Assembly (NCBI GenBank): GCA_019359235.1
Contig: JAHHHT010000036.1
Span: forward strand, 24,245 to 88,244
Direction of reading: 5' to 3'
DNA: 64,000 nt
DNA from: Oscillatoria princeps RMCB-10
Lineage (GTDB): Bacteria > Cyanobacteriota > Cyanobacteriia > Cyanobacteriales > Oscillatoriaceae
Below the pieces are notes generated by a model. It saw nothing but the letters and a program-made list of their open reading frames with translations, had not been told where the DNA came from and ran no database searches. Positions 10,188-20,842 of the stretch are shown one piece after another; position 1 is the stretch's first letter, and each line of letters begins with the position of its first letter. The position numbers and the translations under genes were made by a program.

Positions 10188-10610
10188 TCAAGCAACAGCA
10201 GCGGTTTCTTCTCCGGATTCCGACTCGTCAGGCACAGCGGATTCACCTACGTAGATGAGGTGAATGTGTTTGTACCCCAGGCGGATTTCAAACTGATCCC
10301 CTGGCTTGAGTCCCATCTCTTTAGTATAATTTGACCCAATTACCAGCTGACCATTTTTGTGGACACTGACGCGATAAGTCGCTTCTCGGCCCCGGCCATC
10401 TTTGGTTCCCGTTGGGTCTAAGGCAATGCCCTTAGCCGCCAGCACCGCGTCGTAAAAATCGGTGAGATTGACTTTGACATTGCCACTCGAGCTGGTGCTG
10501 TAGTATCCGCAGCGCTTTGCTGTTTCCCGGCGCGGCAGGTGGGAAAGCTCTTTGACTTTTTGCAGGAGCGCCTTCCCGGTAAGGGTTTGGTATTCTTGTT
10601 CTGGTGCCAT
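10188..10610 (-). CDS. AbrB-family transcriptional regulator, cyanobacterial cyAbrB (CalA-like)
   Basis: 140 aa; C-terminal AbrB/SpoVT swapped-hairpin domain YRVSVHKNGQLVIGSNYTKEMGLKPGDQFEIRLGYKHIHL and N-terminal region typical of cyAbrB proteins. Confidence 0.85.
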   Translation of the reverse strand: MAPEQEYQTLTGKALLQKVKELSHLPRRETAKRCGYYSTSSSGNVKVNLTDFYDAVLAAKGIALDPTGTKDGRGREATYRVSVHKNGQLVIGSNYTKEMGLKPGDQFEIRLGYKHIHLIYVGESAVPDESESGEETAAVA

Positions 10611-12579
10611 AGGTTCTCCGAAAATTGTTCTTGGATCTCACGACAATCTAATTTAAGCAAAAATAGGTGCTGTTTGACAATAGGGTTTTTCGGGAAAAGC
10701 CAAAAAAGCAGCCAGCCTTGAGGGGCAACGGGTCAAGTCAGACTCAGATTGCCCCCCTTTGCTTTCGCTGGCGGGGCATCCCAGGACTTATGCCGAGGAA
10801 AGTTGCGGCGGTTTTGCGTCCCCTCCCTGTTTTCAGCTCTCGCAACCAGGAGTTGCGCTTGTCCGGGGTTGCCGGAAGGAATTGTGAAGAAATTCTCGCT
10901 GTTTTAAACAAAGGCGCTCTCATGGGGAGCCCCTAAACTGTTGAAGTTGTCTGGAAGCGGTCGCCTTTTTAGGGGATGGAGAGCGCCACGCCTTTACCAG
11001 TGGCTTCAAGGGCGGGTTTACCCAATCGGGTGCGGGCCGGTGCGTGCGAAGTGGAGATGGGGTCTTGCCGCACGCCGGGCTCCTTGGAATTCCGTCGGGG
11101 GCGAGCCAACTGCTGCGCAGAGTGCCGGCGAGACTAGACTGTCCAAAAAAGGCTCCCCTTCCGCAATATCACGTCCAGTTGATTGTCCGGCGAGCGGGAT
11201 TGAGGGCGAGAGGGCGGCAGGGGGGAAGAGGATTGAGGGGCAGTGGCTGAGAGGGGGAGAGCAATTAATTGCGGTCAATTGACCGGACACTATATAAACG
11301 AGATAAACGAGCAATTCCGGGGAGACGGGGGAATGGGGGAGGAGAAATTTTCTTCCATTCCTGGCACGCTCAGACGCTTCCAACCCTGTCCTCCAGACGC
11401 GGCTATCTCAGGACAACTCCGGTTTCGGCACTCCCCACCGGCTCGCCACCTCCCCCGGAAGGCAGGTTTTTTTCCCCTTCAACAGCGCCCAAACAGCACC
11501 GATTGAGGGAGCCGAAAGGCAAGCGCCACAACGGCTGAATCCGCACAGCTTGCAGCGCACCGGCAGGGGATTGTCAGCCGGTGCTGACGCCCGCTCCCAG
11601 TCAGGTGCCGGTCAGACAATTCAAAGCAAGCAACGCGCTCACCTCGCAACGCGCAACCCCACGGGCAGCAAGCGTACTGGCTCCTGTTTAGCCGCACAGA
11701 AATGCCACATTTGAGGTGAGCTTCACCCGCCATACTGCCTCGCACACCCGGGCGGCACCGCTGGCAAAACTGGCTTTAAAAATCGCCTGCGTGGCCACGC
11801 TGTTCTATCGTCTCAGGTGAATTGACCTTAAAAAAGACCCTCACGCCCATCCCCATCCCCAAAATGGGAGAGGGGAGAAAAAATCCTGTCTTTTTCTCAC
11901 TCCCCCTCACCCCAAGTGGGAGAAGGGGGCTGGGGGTCCCCTCTGGGGATGGGGAGAGAGGGGGGTGTTGCAGTGTGAAGTGCCGGTCTGCCAGAGACAT
12001 GATATTAGATGAGTATTTTTTCTCGACGCTCCTCCCGTCAAGCGCCAAAGGAAATTGCTCTTGTGAAGCACGCAAAACTGGCAAGCGCTGTCGCCCCACA
12101 CAGGAGGCGATTTTGTCAGCCGGCAACAGACCGGGCCTTTCAAACGGTATCGAGCGCCGGCTTTGAGGATATCCTTTTTGCTAAAGTGCAGATTTAGGCT
12201 CCTCAGTCAGGCCGGCACTGTCGGGCCAGCAGCACTAATAATAGCAGCCGGTCACGCTGGCACCGGCATAAAGAAAGTCTTTATCTTAAGAAGTCACAGG
12301 CGCATATAATATTGATTGCGCCAACCGCTGCGCGCGCCCGAATGCGGCATTGCTCGCACAGGGGAATTCGCTCGCCACAGGGCGCAGATGTCCTGTTTCC
12401 ATTCAGCCGGTGTCGCAGACGGGCAGCACTTTCTGCGAGCCCCTGTTCCCGCAGGTGCGGCTTTTGCCACTGGCGAGCCCCCAAACGGGGAGAAAGCCCG
12501 TTTGGGTGGGGAGCGCTGTTGGATATCGCCCGCGCTCGCCGAAGGCTCGGGATCTCTGTGGTTTATATTTGGACTGGAG

Positions 12580-13164
12580 TCAGCCAGCCTGCGCTTTGCC
12601 CCCCTTTCCAGAGGTGGCTGCAGTCTTTTTCTCCGGTTCAGAATCGGCAAACGCCGGTTTGAGCAATTTCCAAGCCTCTTCTGCCTCTGGCAGCAACCTG
12701 TCGAAGTCTACTTTGGCCGCTGCCAAGCTACATAAGGTTTTAGCAAAAGCCTTATCTTGAGCTAGCTGGATTTGTTCAGGGGTTAAAGGAGTCATCGAAA
12801 AGACGGCTTCAATTAGCGCGATATATTCGCTCGCCTTTTTCTGCTGATCTTGCAAATCCGCTCTCTTTAAGGCGAATTCAGCTACGGTTCTGGCGGCCTT
12901 CTCTATAGGTGACAAGTCCTCGCCAGCATCGGCCTGCTGATTTGATGCGGTTTTCGGTGACTCTACGACGATCAGATCCTTGGCTCCCAGTCCGTCAGGA
13001 AAACTATTGCTGTCGATTTCAGAAGTCTCTTCGCTCATCATGCGCATCACCTCATCTAGCGCTAGCGCCCGCGTTTTTTCGCTATCTTCTTTACCCGGAA
13101 CCGTAATGGTTAGACCGGGATGGTCTTTGACTGTGTAGGTTACCGTTAATTTACGCCGGCCCAT
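12580..13164 (-). CDS. hypothetical protein (acidic, Ala/Lys-rich)
   Basis: 194-aa ORF with protein-like composition, and no competing long ORF on the other strand apart from GC-rich shadow ORFs. No domain is recognised. Confidence 0.45.
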   Translation of the reverse strand: MGRRKLTVTYTVKDHPGLTITVPGKEDSEKTRALALDEVMRMMSEETSEIDSNSFPDGLGAKDLIVVESPKTASNQQADAGEDLSPIEKAARTVAEFALKRADLQDQQKKASEYIALIEAVFSMTPLTPEQIQLAQDKAFAKTLCSLAAAKVDFDRLLPEAEEAWKLLKPAFADSEPEKKTAATSGKGGKAQAG

Positions 13165-14771
13165 AAGTTATCCTCGGGTTAGACTATTTGGTATTTTACA
13201 TTCTAACAAATTCTCTCGCAGGAAGTGCGCGTGTGAGTGGAAATCCGGGCTCGGTATCGGGTTGGTAAATGGTGGGGAACGCTTCCAGGATTCCGGAGGC
13301 CGGCCTCCTTTGTCAAGCACTTCCAGAAACTGCCGCCTATTTGATGCTAAGGCGATCGGGAGCATTCCATTTTTACATCTCCGGCACAGGCGGGACGCCT
13401 GTTGCGGGAGGCCCGGAACGCACGCGACTGCAAGCTTCTGTAAATTTTATCGCTTTTGGCCGGGCCCCTAATTTTATAATGGCTCTCTCAGAACCTGGTC
13501 TTTAGGCTTTGAGCGAGTCAAACACTGAGAGCGCCAGCGCTCCCTCCCAGCCTCTAGGCGTGCAGTCTTTTTCACCCCCCTCAAAAACCTGCCTAAAGCC
13601 ACTTTTAATGCTTGCTTCTGCAACGGGTGCCGGAAATTCCGGGATGACTCATGCTGCCGGTGCGTCGCCTGTCTTCCCGATTCCACCGGCACCAAAAACT
13701 GGCCCTTATCTACCCTCAACTGCGGATGTTTACCGCTCGACAAAGCAAGCCAGATGTGGGAATTCCTCTGTGAGTTCAAGCGGTTGAAATTGCGCCTCCT
13801 TAAAAGGCGCTTCCAGAAACACAGTGATGCCGGCGCTGCCCCGAATTCGTTGGGCGCAAGCCTTATCTTCCAGAACACTTGACCGTTCAAGGGTGGCGCG
13901 ATAGCCGCTGGTCTTCATCCAAAGCTTCGGCGAGGAAGCCAGTGAGAGCGTCAGCTAGCGCGCGCAGGTCAACGATTAAACATCAGCTGAATAACGCGGG
14001 TTTCTGTGCCTGGAAACACCGGTTTCTGGGATTGCCCCGAGCGGTTCTGTAGCGTGAGAGCCTGTCGAAAGGCGGCATGAGCTGCGCTCCTGAGAGCTGC
14101 CACCCACAAGTCACTAACCGAGCGCCAGCCTTGGGCGGGCGACTCTTCTGCGCCAGTCTTCTATGCCGGTGAGGGCACCGGCTACAGCCTCAACACTGAC
14201 CCGCCGAATTTTACCCCGATACCGGGCGGTTGCAACAGTAGCAACCCCGGTGGCAATCCAAGTCATCCTCAATCTGCGGTCAGCGATGCTCGTCTGAGGT
14301 TGAATGCCACACAGGAGAGCCCCGGTTGAAATCCTCACAGTTTGTCGCCCCACCGGCTCGGACAGTGGCACTCCGATCATTTTTGCTTGAACAATCATAA
14401 TATCTCTGAGGCGGGGCACTTGGCATTGGGCCTCGCGCATTGCCCATCCGCACCGCCCCGGCCATACTATAGATTAATCAACCGGACATAGTATCAGATA
14501 GCGCGGCGAGACATACCCCTCCCTCACCCGATGCCGGTGCATTTCCTTCCCCGCCCGGTCGCTCGGATTGCAGCACAAGCCGGTGGCTCCAGGGTTTTAT
14601 TATAAGCAATCTACAGGATTTTATATAATTTATTTAAAGAGAAAGAGTTGTGAAAGTGCCGGCTAGAGCGCCGGTCAAGTATTCTTCTGAAGCGGTGAGA
14701 AACCGGGGGCAGTCTCCGTGCCGGTAGCCGCCCTACGGCTATAAGACCCGAATTTAGGTGCTCCCATTCTA

Positions 14772-14866
14772 AGAAACCCGGTTTCTGGGAGAATAAGAAA
14801 CCGGGTTTCTTTGGGCTGAAACGCCCGAATTTACAGGCTCCCCTCCCAAGAAACCCGGTTTCTGGC
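14772..14866. repeat. three copies of the GAAACCCGGTTTC palindromic repeat
   Basis: aagaaacccggtttctgggagaataagaaaccgggtttctttgg...caagaaacccggtttctgg, immediately downstream of the recG 3' end. Confidence 0.8.
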
Positions 14867-15030
14867 ACAGCTGGGTTAAAAAGTTTAAAATTCGGTTAAT
14901 TGCTTATCATGTATCTCGGTCGGGGCGTCCTGCCGCACGGAAATTAGGGGCGCTCAACCGAACTGGATATGGCGCTGGCAGGGCCAGCGCCAAGCTGCAA
15001 AACCCCCACAAAAAACGTGGGGAGCCGCCG

Positions 15031-17565
15031 TCAAGTCCAAAGCGCCCCACCCATTAACTTTTGGTAGTGCAGCTCCAGATCCGCCTTCATCTGCGGCCAG
15101 CTGTCCAGCGTTGCGTCCACCTCCATCACCTTCTCAGCGGCATCCCTAGCCAAGATCAAAACCTCCTGATCGTCCACTAAACTGGCCAGCATAAAATCAG
15201 GCAAGCCCGACTGGCGAGTGCCCAGCACCTCACCGGGCCCGCGCAGGCGCATGTCCATCTCGGCAATAAAAAAGCCATCTTGCGACTGCGCCATTACATT
15301 TAGCCGGTGGCGGGCGTCCGCTGACGCCTTGGGACTGGCCAGCAGCAAGCAGTAGGACTTGTCAGCGCCGCGACCGACGCGCCCCCGCAGCTGGTGCAGC
15401 TGGGACAGCCCGAATCTCTCCGCATTTTCAATGAGCATGACTGTAGCATTGGGCACATCCACACCCACTTCCACCACCGTAGTTGCCACGAGAATTTGAG
15501 TCTTGCCAGAGCGGAATTTGCCAATAGCCGCCTCTTTCTCAGCTGAAGTCAGGCGTCCGTGGAGCAGCCCCACCTGGAATTCCGGGAAAACCACGTCCTG
15601 CAGCCGCTGGTACTCCTCAATGGCAGATTTCAAATCCAGCTTTTCCGATTCTTCCACCAGGGGCAGCACCACATAAACTTGACGGTTGCTGACAACTTCC
15701 CGGCGGATCAAGTCGTAGGCGTGGGTGCGCTCTTGACCCGAAAGTACCGTTGTTTGAATCGGTTTCCTTCCCGGCGGCAACTCGTCAATTTGACTGACAT
15801 CCAAATCGCCGTGCAGCGTCAGCGCCAGCGTTCGAGGGATGGGAGTGGCCGTCATCGTCAGCACGTGGGGCACCCCGTCAACGCCTTTTTGCTGCAATTT
15901 CGCCCGCTGCTCGACGCCAAACCGGTGCTGCTCGTCGATGACGATCAATCCCAGTTTGTGGAAGCTAACGGTTTCTTGAATCAGGGCGTGAGTGCCGACT
16001 AACACCGGCAGCTCTCCAGTTTGCAGCCCGGCGTGGATTTGCCGGCGCTTCGAGACTTTGGTCGAGCCGGTGAGCAGCTCCACCGGCAGGTGTAGCAAAT
16101 TTAACCAAGACACCAACTTTTTGTAGTGCTGCTCTGCCAGCACCTCAGTGGGAGCCATGAGCGCCGCCTGGTAGCCAGATTGAATCGCCGCCAGCATAGC
16201 CACCACAGCCACCACCGTCTTGCCGGCACCCACATCCCCCTGCACGAGCCGGTTCATCGGTTCCGGCTTTTGCAAGTCACTGAGGATTTCGTTAACCACC
16301 CGCTGCTGGGCATTAGTCAGCTTAAAAGGCAGCAGCTTGTAGAACTTGTCAATCAGCTTGCCTTTGGAGCGAAGCTTGCTGCTATTCTGGGCAGAGCGCT
16401 GGCCGTAGCGGCGGCTGAGCAGTCCCAGCTGCAGGTAGAAAAACTCGTCGAAGACCAGCCGGCGTCTCGCCTCTTGCAGGACTTCGCGCTCAGGTGGGAA
16501 GTGGATATTGGCGATCGCCTCGTGTAAGTTCATCAGCCCATAGCGATCGCGCACTTCCGCAGGCAGGGGGTCTTTGATGTGGCTGGCGGAGGGCAGCGCT
16601 GCGGAAATCGCCTTTCTCACCACCTCCGCCCCCACCCCTTCCGTCAGGGAGTAAACCGGCAGCAACCGCCCCACTGCCATCGATTCTATAGCGCCGTCGG
16701 CGTCGTCAAGGACTTCCAGTTGCGGGTCGTCCAGCGTTGTGCCGTATTTATTTTGTTTCACCAAGCCAGACGCCGCCACCGTAGCGCCGATTGGGTACAG
16801 GCGTTTTTGTTCCTCAAGCCAAGCGCGAGAGCTAAAGCGACCGGCGAAAAAGCGGCTTATTTTAAGTTGACCCGTGCGGTCGGTCAGAACCACCTCTAGA
16901 ATGGTTAATTTCTTATTGCGCGGGCTAGTAAAGCAGTTGCATCGCTTCACCGTTCCCACAACCGTCACCGTCTCTCCAGGCTCCAACTCGCGAATATTAA
17001 CCTGGCGGGCGTAGTCAACATGGTCGCGGGGGTAGTAGAAAAGCAGGTCGCGCACACTCAACAGCCCTAATTTGGCCAGACGCTCCGCATTCCTTGGCCC
17101 CACACCGGGCAAGCGGGTCAGGGCTTGCTCGAGGGTCACGGTCGGAGTGCAGCCTACCGGACTCAGGGGCGCAGTTCGCGGCTGTTTCCCATTGGAGGTT
17201 GGGGATTGAGGGTTGCTGCCGTTCTCCTCCGCTTTTGTGCTCTGCGGCTCCTTCTGTGCCTCAGAGCGGTCGCAAACCCGCTGCATCTGGAGGAGGAACA
17301 TGCGAGCGTCTGCTATCAAGCTCTCTCGCTCATCGAGATTCAGCTCGGGATAATTGGCAAATTGCGCCGCCATTTGTTGCCACCTGCGCCGGTAATGCGG
17401 CGACAGCCCGGAGGGCGGTCGGCTAAAGCTTTCGCCAAGAAACTCACTAAAGCGCTTTTCTTTGCCTACCAAATCCTTAAAGCCGCGTTCGGCTTCAATG
17501 GACAGCGCTTTTTGCAATCGCACCCAATCTGGTAATTCTGTTCCCACAGCGTTTCTCCTACACAA
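15031..17565 (-). CDS. recG: ATP-dependent DNA helicase RecG
   Basis: 844 aa; superfamily-2 helicase motifs LVQGDVGAGKT, DEQHRFGV and the TATPIPRT/QLHQLRGRVGRG C-terminal domain. The size and wedge-domain N-terminus fit cyanobacterial RecG rather than Mfd. Confidence 0.92.
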   Translation of the reverse strand: MCRRNAVGTELPDWVRLQKALSIEAERGFKDLVGKEKRFSEFLGESFSRPPSGLSPHYRRRWQQMAAQFANYPELNLDERESLIADARMFLLQMQRVCDRSEAQKEPQSTKAEENGSNPQSPTSNGKQPRTAPLSPVGCTPTVTLEQALTRLPGVGPRNAERLAKLGLLSVRDLLFYYPRDHVDYARQVNIRELEPGETVTVVGTVKRCNCFTSPRNKKLTILEVVLTDRTGQLKISRFFAGRFSSRAWLEEQKRLYPIGATVAASGLVKQNKYGTTLDDPQLEVLDDADGAIESMAVGRLLPVYSLTEGVGAEVVRKAISAALPSASHIKDPLPAEVRDRYGLMNLHEAIANIHFPPEREVLQEARRRLVFDEFFYLQLGLLSRRYGQRSAQNSSKLRSKGKLIDKFYKLLPFKLTNAQQRVVNEILSDLQKPEPMNRLVQGDVGAGKTVVAVVAMLAAIQSGYQAALMAPTEVLAEQHYKKLVSWLNLLHLPVELLTGSTKVSKRRQIHAGLQTGELPVLVGTHALIQETVSFHKLGLIVIDEQHRFGVEQRAKLQQKGVDGVPHVLTMTATPIPRTLALTLHGDLDVSQIDELPPGRKPIQTTVLSGQERTHAYDLIRREVVSNRQVYVVLPLVEESEKLDLKSAIEEYQRLQDVVFPEFQVGLLHGRLTSAEKEAAIGKFRSGKTQILVATTVVEVGVDVPNATVMLIENAERFGLSQLHQLRGRVGRGADKSYCLLLASPKASADARHRLNVMAQSQDGFFIAEMDMRLRGPGEVLGTRQSGLPDFMLASLVDDQEVLILARDAAEKVMEVDATLDSWPQMKADLELHYQKLMGGALWT

Positions 17566-17580
17566 CTTTAAAATCCACCA

Positions 17581-17624
17581 TTAAAAATTAAAAATGCGCC
17601 GCTTATAACATTTTTAATTTTTAA
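17581..17624 (-). terminator. AT-rich perfect inverted repeat (TTAAAAATTAAAAATG-loop-CATTTTTAATTTTTAA), likely intrinsic terminator
   Basis: 16-bp perfect stem with a 12-nt loop, located between the 3' end of the hypothetical gene (17639) and the recG start. Confidence 0.5.
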
Positions 17625-17638
17625 TCTTTACTTGTTAA

Positions 17639-18463
17639 TTATTCATCCGCCCAGCTAGATCGCCACGCCGACTCAGCTTCAGCAACTGCCCGCTCCCGCT
17701 GCTTTTTCTGATACTCGCGCACAAGCTTGCTAACCCGGACTGAAAGCTTGCGAATCTGCGAGCGCCACGAGCCCAGCTGCGAGTCGGAAAATTCAATCTC
17801 AGACAAGCGCAGATGTATGGCGAGCAACTGAGTTACGGTCGAGCCTGAGGAATCCTCAGAACCCTCGGTTTCGATCAATAAGTTTAATAGGTTGGGCGGT
17901 CCTGGCACAGTCTCTGCGGCGGCTTCTGCTTTTGCCGCCGCTTCCAGAACTTGTTCTGGCAATTTTTTCGGTAAAATGCCAGTTTGTTGCAATAAGCGAT
18001 TCGCTCGGCGAGAGGCTGCTTGCAGGATTTTTGCCAGCGACAAATCCAGGTTTTCCTGCCACTGCGCCAGTTGCTCTGGGTTATTCAGCTGGCTGCTTTG
18101 AGCGTCTTCCTGCCGGGTGCGCCCCAGTCGGAGCTCTGACTCCGGACTCTCCAACTGCAACTGTTGGGCTTTCGGCTCCGCATGTCCTCCGCCCGGTGAG
18201 TGCAGCATTTCCTGCAGCTGTTGCTGAGCAGAAGTTGCGAGGAGCCGCAGCTCTTGCTGCAGCTGTTTCCGCTGGCTGTAAGACAGCTTGAGAAACGACT
18301 CCGGATACCCCTGGCTGCAAATATGATAGCTGGCCAAGATTAGCTGCTGCCGCATCGCTTGCCCCAAGGCGGTCAAATAACTGGAGTAGGTGCTGTGTAA
18401 TTCTTGGGCTAGCGCTAATGTCTCCCGCTCCAGACCTGCAATTTCCTGCTCAATTTTCTTCAC
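17639..18463 (-). CDS. hypothetical coiled-coil protein (Gln/Leu-rich)
   Basis: 274-aa ORF framed by the two AT-rich inverted-repeat terminators. Heptad-like QQLQ/LAQEL repeats are present. Confidence 0.55.
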   Translation of the reverse strand: MKKIEQEIAGLERETLALAQELHSTYSSYLTALGQAMRQQLILASYHICSQGYPESFLKLSYSQRKQLQQELRLLATSAQQQLQEMLHSPGGGHAEPKAQQLQLESPESELRLGRTRQEDAQSSQLNNPEQLAQWQENLDLSLAKILQAASRRANRLLQQTGILPKKLPEQVLEAAAKAEAAAETVPGPPNLLNLLIETEGSEDSSGSTVTQLLAIHLRLSEIEFSDSQLGSWRSQIRKLSVRVSKLVREYQKKQRERAVAEAESAWRSSWADE

Positions 18464-18484
18464 GGCGATGCCCCACTTTCTATC

Positions 18485-18546
18485 GGGAAAAATTAAAAAT
18501 TAAAAATCAACAGTATTGCCTGCTAATTTTTAATTTTTAATTTCCC
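18485..18546 (-). terminator. AT-rich inverted repeat (GGGAAAAATTAAAAATTAAAAAT-loop-AATTTTTAATTTTTAATTTCCC) downstream of tsf
   Basis: About 22-bp stem lying 9 nt after the tsf stop codon. It is a sequence relative of the 17581-17624 element. Confidence 0.5.
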
Positions 18547-18554
18547 GGTTTTAA

Positions 18555-19214
18555 TTATTTGCTACCCATCTGTGCGGCTACTTCCTCGGCAAAGTTGCTC
18601 TCTTGTTTTTCAATCCCTTCGCCCAACACAAACCGCACGAAGCGACGCACCTGGATGTTTTCACCCAGCTGGGCGATGGCTTGCTTCACCAACTCCTCAA
18701 CCGTGATATTTTGATCGCGAATGTAGGGCTGATCAATCAGAGACAGCTCTTTCAAACGCTTCTCAATCCGCCCTTGCACGATCTTTTCCCGGATGTTCTG
18801 GGGCTTGCTAGCCAGGTCATCCCGCCCCATTTCAATCGCTTTTTCCTTTTCGACGATTTCAGCTGGGATGTCTGCAACCTTCACGTACTCCACATTCGGG
18901 CAAGCCGCAACTTGCATGGCAATATTCCGCACCAGAGCGTGGAACGCTTCATTGCGGGCAACAAAATCGGTTTGGCAGTTCACTTCTACCAGCACGCCAA
19001 TTCGCCCGCCGGTGTGAATGTAGCTATCCACCAACCCTTCTGCTGTCACCCGCCCCGCTTTTTTCTCCGCCGAGGTGATCCCCTTTTGCCGCAGCCATTC
19101 CGTAGCTTTGGTCATGTCACCGTCGTTTTCCGCGAGTGCCTTTTTGCAGTCCATCATCCCCGCGCCGGTTTTGTCGCGCAGCTCTTTGACAGCTTTTGCA
19201 GATATTTCCGCCAT
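18555..19214 (-). CDS. tsf: translation elongation factor Ts
   Basis: 219 aa; [27 protein letters not shown]...TEWLRQKG is the canonical EF-Ts N-terminus. The gene lies directly downstream of rpsB. Confidence 0.95.
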   Translation of the reverse strand: MAEISAKAVKELRDKTGAGMMDCKKALAENDGDMTKATEWLRQKGITSAEKKAGRVTAEGLVDSYIHTGGRIGVLVEVNCQTDFVARNEAFHALVRNIAMQVAACPNVEYVKVADIPAEIVEKEKAIEMGRDDLASKPQNIREKIVQGRIEKRLKELSLIDQPYIRDQNITVEELVKQAIAQLGENIQVRRFVRFVLGEGIEKQESNFAEEVAAQMGSK

Positions 19215-19349
19215 CTTGCCTTATTCCTTCCTTGAATCAGTTTACAGGTGCCTCAATCCTCGGAAAGTCTGAAGTATGAAGTCTGCTGTGCGAACTGTAA
19301 AATTAGTTTCCCCAACATGCCTTCATCCTTCATCCTTTCTGACTACTTT

Positions 19350-20150
19350 CTATTCCTCAGTTGGCTCGTCGTCGGTATACGAGTCGCTGTCATCCATCTC
19401 CTCGTAGTCGAACTCCTCTTCAGCAGCTTCGTACTCTTCGTAGTCTTCTTCAGATACGGCGTCGAGTTGACCGTGACGCCCTTCATAAATGGCATCAGCC
19501 AGTTTCCCCAATATTAGCTTAATCGAGCGGATGGCATCGTCATTCGCCGGAATCGGGATATCCACCAAATTGGGATCGCAATTGGTGTCCAGCAGCGACA
19601 CGATTGGAATATCTAGCTTCTGGCACTCTTGCACCGCGTTGTACTCCCGCCGCTGGTCTACGATGACCACTATATCGGGCACTTTCCGCATGCTTTTAAT
19701 GCCGCCTAAATATTTTTGCAGTTTGCTCATCTCGCGGCGCAGCATTGAGCCTTCTTTTTTGGGCCGCAGCTCCAGAGCGCCGGTTTCCTCCATGCGCTCC
19801 AGTTCTTTCAACCGCTCCACCCGGCTTTTGATCGTGGCCCAGTTCGTCAGCATTCCGCCCAACCAGCGCTGGTTGACGTAGTAGGCACCGCACCGCAGCG
19901 CTTCTTGCGCGATAATGCCAGCGGCTTGGCGCTTGGTGCCGACAAACAGAACCTTCTTGCCCTGCTCAGAGGCTGTCCGCATGTACTCATACGCCTCCTC
20001 CATCAGCTGGGCGGTCTGCACCAAGTCGATGATGTGAACGCCGTTGCGTTCCGTGAAGATGTACCGGGACATCTTGGGATTCCACCGGCGGGTCTGGTGA
20101 CCGAAGTGTACCCCTGACTCCAAAAGCTGAGCCAATGAAACAACTGGCAT
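19350..20150 (-). CDS. rpsB: 30S ribosomal protein S2 with acidic C-terminal extension
   Basis: 266 aa; [19 protein letters not shown]...[10 protein letters not shown] is the classical S2 sequence, followed by an Asp/Glu-rich tail. Confidence 0.95.
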   Translation of the reverse strand: MPVVSLAQLLESGVHFGHQTRRWNPKMSRYIFTERNGVHIIDLVQTAQLMEEAYEYMRTASEQGKKVLFVGTKRQAAGIIAQEALRCGAYYVNQRWLGGMLTNWATIKSRVERLKELERMEETGALELRPKKEGSMLRREMSKLQKYLGGIKSMRKVPDIVVIVDQRREYNAVQECQKLDIPIVSLLDTNCDPNLVDIPIPANDDAIRSIKLILGKLADAIYEGRHGQLDAVSEEDYEEYEAAEEEFDYEEMDDSDSYTDDEPTEE

Positions 20151-20307
20151 ATTTTTCCTTCTCCTGATTCGGGTTACCCTTCCATCCAGGCGTATTTCCC
20201 TGCGGAAACACCCGAACCCCTGGATGTGTGAGTTTAGACAACTTTACTAGAGTAGCACAAGTGCGCCCCTTGCAAGCAGAAAATTTTCCCTCGCTAGGGC
20301 AAGCGTT

Positions 20308-20841
20308 TCAGGTTCCCAGGCGGCGCTCGCTCTCCGCAATCCCACCGGCTCTCAGCCATTCTATCGGTTCCTCCTCTGGTCTATCTGGGTTGACCCACAC
20401 AATATCTCGGATTTCCAGCACATGTCCGGCAGCTTGGCCAAAAAGTCTCCTCACTCTCTCATCCAGAGAGATTACGGTCTTGTCTGTTGCCAGTGCCGCC
20501 TCAATCAGGCGGAAATCCTTAAACATCGCTTCCCTCTCGCTGTCGCTAGCGGCAGTGCCTTCGATTTGCTTCCATAATTCTTCATTTGTTTCAATACCAG
20601 CTTGATATTCCAGCTTCTTCTTTGCGACCATACGGCGTCGCCATGTACGAGCAAAGTTTGATTCGTGTTCAGTCCACTCATCTCTGATATCGGGTGTCAT
20701 AACAACTCTGTGACATATATCCAGGACAGCTAGGAGAAAATCGCGGCAGCGTTTCGATGTTGGGTGCGTTGCTTCCTCTCCACCTGCTGAATGCGCAACA
20801 GAAGCATCTATCACTAAAAGTTGGGAAACTTTTGCTGCCAT
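20308..20841 (-). CDS. PIN-like domain protein (putative nuclease partner of the upstream ATPase)
   Basis: 177 aa. Its start codon lies 1 nt after the stop of the ATPase gene. It has an N-terminal hhhDxS strand (LLVIDASVA, D12), acidic E55/E58 and ALATDKTVISLDE (D120, D127), matching the four-acidic-residue layout of PIN folds. Confidence 0.55.
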   Translation of the reverse strand: MAAKVSQLLVIDASVAHSAGGEEATHPTSKRCRDFLLAVLDICHRVVMTPDIRDEWTEHESNFARTWRRRMVAKKKLEYQAGIETNEELWKQIEGTAASDSEREAMFKDFRLIEAALATDKTVISLDERVRRLFGQAAGHVLEIRDIVWVNPDRPEEEPIEWLRAGGIAESERRLGT

Positions 20842-20842
20842 A

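Noticed and set aside
12281-12760. Five overlapping ORFs of 67-139 aa in different frames
   Set aside because: They are mutually overlapping in a GC-rich stretch with no recognisable protein. This is characteristic of non-coding high-GC DNA.
14611-14868. 85-aa minus-strand ORF
   Set aside because: It is composed of the GAAACCCGGTTTC palindromic repeats downstream of recG and is not protein-like.
15559-17535. Multiple 100-150-aa plus-strand ORFs
   Set aside because: They are all antisense to recG. Their compositions (His/Arg/Gln-rich) are typical of frame shadows.
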